Source: an uncultured Bartonella sp. (GTDB taxonomy: Bacteria; Pseudomonadota; Alphaproteobacteria; Rhizobiales; Rhizobiaceae). Taken from it: a DNA stretch of 58,304 bases. The position numbers and the translations under genes were made by a program. The stretch spans positions 1 to 58,304 of the forward strand of contig CALTWN010000001.1 of NCBI GenBank assembly GCA_943913205.1. The letters are read 5' to 3'. Shown here piece after piece: positions 53,996 through 58,304 of the stretch; positions within the stretch are counted from its first letter, which is position 1, and each line of letters opens with the position of its first letter. The notes below the pieces were generated by a model, which did not search any database, had not been told where the DNA came from, and saw only the letters and a list, made by a program, of their open reading frames with translations.

Positions 53996-55359
53996 AAAAG
54001 GCACACCACTTCAATAAAGATTTAAAGCAAAGACATATATATTTTATAGCGCTAGGCGCAGCAATAGGTACCGGTCTTTTTCTAGGGTCAGCTACTGCAA
54101 TTCAACAAAGCGGCCCTAGCGTAATATTTGCTTATATTCTTTGTGGTGTGGCTGTGTTTTTCATTATGAGGGCTATGGGGGAAATGGCGTTACAAGCGCC
54201 ACATTTACAAAGTTTTAGTAATTATGTAACCCATTTCCTTAGCCCTTTTGCTGGTTATGTTACTGGCTGGTCTTACGTATTGCAAATGGCTTTTGTTTGT
54301 TTAGCAGATGTTACCGCTTTTGCAACTTATATGGCCTTTTGGTATCCAGAGGTTTCTCCGTGGGTTTGGACTTTAGCTCTGGCCCTTATATTATGTGCAG
54401 TTAATCTTTCAGCTGTCAAAATTTATGGTGAATTAGAATTTTTATTTTCAATAATTAAAATTTCAGCTATAGTACTTATGATTATTGGCGGTCTATACTT
54501 ATTAACCCACGGGTTGAATTCACATGTCAGAGATTTCAACTCTCTACCAAAAATTTTTCAACTATCCTATTGGTTTCCGCATAATTGGCAAGGATTTGTA
54601 GCTTGTTTGCCGATTGTGATTTATTCATTTGGTGGAATTGAAGTTATCGGCATTACGGCTGCTGAAGCTAGAGAGCCAGAAAAAAGCCTGCCCAAAGCAA
54701 TAAATGCTATACCCGCCCGCATAGTGTTGTTTTATGTTATGTCTCTATCTGTATTGCTTGCCCTATACCCTTGGCAGCAAATTGGCTTAAATGGTAGCCC
54801 TTTTGTTACTATCTGTGAGGCTTTAGGAATACATTCAGCCGCAAATATCTTAAACATTATCGTTATAACTTCGGTGGCCTCTGCTATAAATAGCGATATT
54901 TATGGGTCTAGCCGTATGATTTATAGTTTGTCGCGGGAAGGGCATACTTTAAAATGCTTTAATAAATTAGGTCGCACAGGAACCCCTATTTACGCTATTT
55001 TTCTTATGTTAGCTGTGCTTATATTTGGTGTAGTATTTAATTATTGTAAACATGATGGTTTATTTGTTCTTATGGCAGATAGCGCTGCTATCACATCAAT
55101 GATAAGCTGGATTTTGATTTTGCTTGCACAATTCTTTATGCGTTTAAAATTAAATAGCAGCGAGATCAAATTTAAAATGCCTTTATGGCCCTATAGTGGA
55201 ATTTTAACAATATCATTCATGTTGTTTGTAATATCAATCATGTCTTATTACAACGAAATAGCTTTTGCATGCGGGGCAATATGGATTATTTTTTTAGCAC
55301 TTACATATAATGCTTTTAAATATTTTGATAAGAAAAGTCGCTTTGTACGAAAAATATAA
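53992..55359 (+). CDS. APC-superfamily amino acid permease (AAT family), copy 2
   Basis: Same motifs as copy 1 (RHIYFIALGAAIGTGLFLGS); ATGA overlap with copy 1. Confidence 0.92.
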   Translation: MKKAHHFNKDLKQRHIYFIALGAAIGTGLFLGSATAIQQSGPSVIFAYILCGVAVFFIMRAMGEMALQAPHLQSFSNYVTHFLSPFAGYVTGWSYVLQMAFVCLADVTAFATYMAFWYPEVSPWVWTLALALILCAVNLSAVKIYGELEFLFSIIKISAIVLMIIGGLYLLTHGLNSHVRDFNSLPKIFQLSYWFPHNWQGFVACLPIVIYSFGGIEVIGITAAEAREPEKSLPKAINAIPARIVLFYVMSLSVLLALYPWQQIGLNGSPFVTICEALGIHSAANILNIIVITSVASAINSDIYGSSRMIYSLSREGHTLKCFNKLGRTGTPIYAIFLMLAVLIFGVVFNYCKHDGLFVLMADSAAITSMISWILILLAQFFMRLKLNSSEIKFKMPLWPYSGILTISFMLFVISIMSYYNEIAFACGAIWIIFLALTYNAFKYFDKKSRFVRKI

Positions 55360-55386
55360 TAGGGTAGGAAATCCAAACAAATTGGA

Positions 55387-55463
55387 TGGTGAGCCCGGAG
55401 GGACTCGAACCCCCAACCAAGCGGTTATGAGCCGCTGGCTCTAACCAATTGAGCTACAGGCCC
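55387..55463 (-). tRNA. tRNA-Ile2 (CAU anticodon, lysidine type)
   Basis: GGGCCTGTAGCTCAATTGGTTAGAGCCAGCGGCT-CAT-AACCGCTTGGTTGGGGGTTCGAGTCCCTCCGGGCTCACCA. It has a paired G1-C72, C4-G69 and C5-G68, lacks the initiator GGG/CCC anticodon stem, and lies near rpoD. Confidence 0.9.
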
Positions 55464-55565
55464 TACCCTCATCTATGCTTTTTACCCTAATTTGAAAAAA
55501 TATACAAGAATTAATTGTAATTTTATATAAGTTTTTTATATAATTTAAAAAACAAGGAGTTAAAA

Positions 55566-56237
55566 ATGAAGTTTTTATATATTCTACCAATGCTAATATT
55601 ATATTTTTACGTAGCAACAGCAAATGCCGCTGAATTAAAAGTTACAGCAACCGGCACGGTCAAAGCAAAGCCAAACATGGCTACTTTTGAATTTGGCGTT
55701 GTAAGCCACGATCCAAGTGCAGAAAAGGCTTTAGATATAAGCAGCAAGGCCACATCTAAAATTTTAAATGTATTGCATAATGATAATTTAAATTCCAGCG
55801 ATATTCAAACATCTAGCCTGCTAGTTTATCCAGAACAAAATAAAAATGACAAAACCACCTATGGTGCTGAAAATAATATAGTAGTTCGTATTAAAAATTT
55901 AAATATGCTTAGTAAAATATATAAAGACATTATCGTTAACGGCGCTAACCAAACTTCAAATCTTACCTATACAAACCAAGATACAACTGAACTTTTCAAT
56001 GAAGCTCGTATAAGAGCTGTGCATAACGCCATAGCAAAAGCTAAACTGCTATCAAAAGCTGCAAATCTTAAATTAGGCGATATTACAAAAATTGAATCTT
56101 ATGTTAACCGAGGTGGACCATCCGGCATAAGGGTGCAAGCTATGGCTATTGGTGCAGATTCAGCTACTCCAATGGAGCAAGGCGTAATAACCTATACAGC
56201 TGATGTAACAATAACATTTAATTTAGAAAAATACTAA
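55566..56237 (+). CDS. SIMPL/DUF541 periplasmic protein (BP26/YggE-like)
   Basis: Signal peptide ending [30 protein letters not shown] and C-terminal VTITF; AAGGAG RBS. Confidence 0.88.
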   Translation: MKFLYILPMLILYFYVATANAAELKVTATGTVKAKPNMATFEFGVVSHDPSAEKALDISSKATSKILNVLHNDNLNSSDIQTSSLLVYPEQNKNDKTTYGAENNIVVRIKNLNMLSKIYKDIIVNGANQTSNLTYTNQDTTELFNEARIRAVHNAIAKAKLLSKAANLKLGDITKIESYVNRGGPSGIRVQAMAIGADSATPMEQGVITYTADVTITFNLEKY

Positions 56238-58162
56238 GAATCTAAGAAACTGCGCAGCTTACGCGACCTGCTAGGGTGCTTAAGTTTGCGCAGTGCTTTT
56301 GCCTCTATCTGTCTGATACGCTCACGTGTAACAGAAAATTGCTGACCAACCTCTTCTAATGTATGGTCGCTATCCATACCAATACCAAAACGCATGCGCA
56401 ATACCCGTTCTTCTCGAGGCGTAAGCGATGCTAAAACTCTAGTAGTAGTATCACGCAAATTTGTTTGTACAGCCATATCAATTGGTAATAATGCATTTTT
56501 ATCTTCAATAAAATCGCCTAAATTAGAATCATCTTCATCACCCAATGGAGTTTCAAGAGAAATAGGTTCTTTAGCAATTTTTAGCACCTTGTGGACCTTA
56601 GCAATAGGCATAGATAATTTAGCCGCCAACTCTTCTGGGGTTGGCTCGCGTCCAATATCATTAAGAATTTGTCTTGATGTACGAATTATCTTATTTATAG
56701 TCTCAATCATATGCACTGGTATACGAATAGTACGTGCTTGATCAGCAATTGATCTTGTTATCGCTTGTCTTACCCACCAAGTGGCATAAGTAGAAAATTT
56801 GTAACCACGGCGATATTCAAACTTATCTACTGCTTTCATCAATCCAATATTACCTTCTTGGATAAGATCTAAAAATTGTAGCCCTCTATTGGTATATTTT
56901 TTGGCAATAGATATAACTAAGCGCAAATTAGCCTCAACCATTTCTTTTTTAGCAAGGCTAGCTTCACGCTCGCCTTTTTGAACCTGCATAACTAATTGAC
57001 GAAATTCTGGTAGCGGTAATGCTGTTATTTCAGCAATATCTTGTATTTCATTTCGTAAGGCAGTTATTTTTACAGATTCATTATCAAAAAATTTCGTCCA
57101 TTTCTCACTATTTAACGCTCTTATATTTTGTTCCCAACTACTATCCGTTTCATAATTTTGATAGTGTGCCATAAACTCTTCGTGATTAATACCATATTTA
57201 TCTGCCAAACGTTTTAAATTACCTTCAGCATATACTAAATCTTTATTTACACTATATAATTGATTTATTAAAGCATCAATTCTAGATTGATTAAGAGATA
57301 AAGATGTTACCGCCTTTATAAGCTCTTCTTTAAGGCCGTTATACTTTTTTTTCTGCTTACTATCGAGATTACAATTGGGTGATATTGCTTCAGTTAATGG
57401 TGCTATTTTTACCATTTTTTGATAGGTATGTGTAATAAAGTTTAATTTTTCTATAACTGATGGCAATAAAGCAGATTCCATAACAGCATAAGACATATTG
57501 GTATCATCTTCTATATCATCTTCTTCATCATTTACTTTAAAATCTTTGCTGCCGCTAGATTTTTCATCTGCATCAATTTCTGAATTATTAGCATCTGGTG
57601 AACCGTATGAACTTTCTAAATCTATGATATCGCGAAGAAAAATTTCTTCCCTATTTAACTCTTCTGCCCAAAGAATAAGCGATTGAAAAGTAAGCGGACT
57701 CTCACATAGCCCAGCTAACATAGTTTCTCTACCAGCTTCAATACGCCGCGCTATAGCTATTTCGCCTTCCCTTGATAATAGCGACATATGGCCCATTTCG
57801 CGTAAATACATACGAACGGGGTCATCTGTTCGATCCAAAGAAGAAGATTTTTTTGCTAAAGCAAGCTCACCACCAGTTATTTCAACAATTTCTGTATTAG
57901 TAGATAGTTGTTCAGCCTCGGCTTCATCCTTTACTACCTTAATACCTTGATCAGAAAAAATACTATAAACTTCATCAATGCTGTCGGCGCTTAAATCACC
58001 TGGCAAGATATTATTAAGCTCGTCTATAGTTACATAGCCTCTTTTTTTAGAAATTTTTAATAAAAACTTTAAATCATCTTGTGTTAAATCAGGAGAAACC
58101 TGTGTTGTTTCATTATCCTTATTAGATTTCAAATTTTTACTCAACTTATTTTTGCTCGCCAT
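56234..58162 (-). CDS. rpoD: RNA polymerase primary sigma factor
   Basis: Region 1.1, [34 protein letters not shown] and [16 protein letters not shown]. Confidence 0.98.
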   Translation of the reverse strand: MASKNKLSKNLKSNKDNETTQVSPDLTQDDLKFLLKISKKRGYVTIDELNNILPGDLSADSIDEVYSIFSDQGIKVVKDEAEAEQLSTNTEIVEITGGELALAKKSSSLDRTDDPVRMYLREMGHMSLLSREGEIAIARRIEAGRETMLAGLCESPLTFQSLILWAEELNREEIFLRDIIDLESSYGSPDANNSEIDADEKSSGSKDFKVNDEEDDIEDDTNMSYAVMESALLPSVIEKLNFITHTYQKMVKIAPLTEAISPNCNLDSKQKKKYNGLKEELIKAVTSLSLNQSRIDALINQLYSVNKDLVYAEGNLKRLADKYGINHEEFMAHYQNYETDSSWEQNIRALNSEKWTKFFDNESVKITALRNEIQDIAEITALPLPEFRQLVMQVQKGEREASLAKKEMVEANLRLVISIAKKYTNRGLQFLDLIQEGNIGLMKAVDKFEYRRGYKFSTYATWWVRQAITRSIADQARTIRIPVHMIETINKIIRTSRQILNDIGREPTPEELAAKLSMPIAKVHKVLKIAKEPISLETPLGDEDDSNLGDFIEDKNALLPIDMAVQTNLRDTTTRVLASLTPREERVLRMRFGIGMDSDHTLEEVGQQFSVTRERIRQIEAKALRKLKHPSRSRKLRSFLDS

Positions 58163-58304
58163 ACATTTACCCCAAGAGCGTTATTTTGCCTATATAATAC
58201 ATATAATGTAAAAACATATTTTGTAAACAAAACAAAATAGCATTGATTCGCTTTCAAAAAGTAAATCTAGCAAAATCATAAAATTTTACCAATATTATTT
58301 AATC

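Noticed and set aside
55441..55623. 60-aa ORF on the - strand
   Set aside because: It overlaps the tRNA and the SIMPL start and has no coding signal.
58187..58214. Weak dif-like pattern upstream of rpoD (TATAA-N6-TAATGTAAAAA)
   Set aside because: Both arms are degenerate; it is better explained as promoter sequence.

Overview
This is a gene-dense, AT-rich (roughly 30-33% GC, judged by eye) core-chromosome segment of a reduced alphaproteobacterium. The permuted two-piece tmRNA, SspB-alpha, long-linker FtsZ, BP26/SIMPL gene and gene order point to Hyphomicrobiales (Rhizobiales), most likely a host-associated Bartonellaceae-like lineage (inference). From left to right it holds: a three-glycosyltransferase cassette abutting secDF; ybaL; a UPF0104 membrane protein; a minus-strand run thyA-folA-miaA-RecD-like helicase-pdxJ-ilvC-terC-folB; an MFS transporter; ssrA-sspB-uvrD; SCO-prmA-aminopeptidase P; the dcw cluster from rsmH to ftsZ-lpxC-bamD-recN-ligA, with no mraZ; mntH; rnpB; a lytic transglycosylase; ettA; pncA; DUF475; two tandem amino-acid permeases; tRNA-Ile2(CAU); SIMPL; and rpoD. 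I saw no transposase, integrase, phage gene or CRISPR array. The best candidate for an uncharacterised system is the GT4/GT28-like/GT2 triad coupled to secDF. Other points of interest are an eroded MfnB(DUF556)-FolB fusion, ilvC retained without neighbouring ilvIH, mntH in the mraZ position, a DnaA box plus two GANTC sites upstream of ddl, and a motif-dense regulatory region upstream of the lytic transglycosylase. All calls are from motif recognition by eye; no database searches were run.
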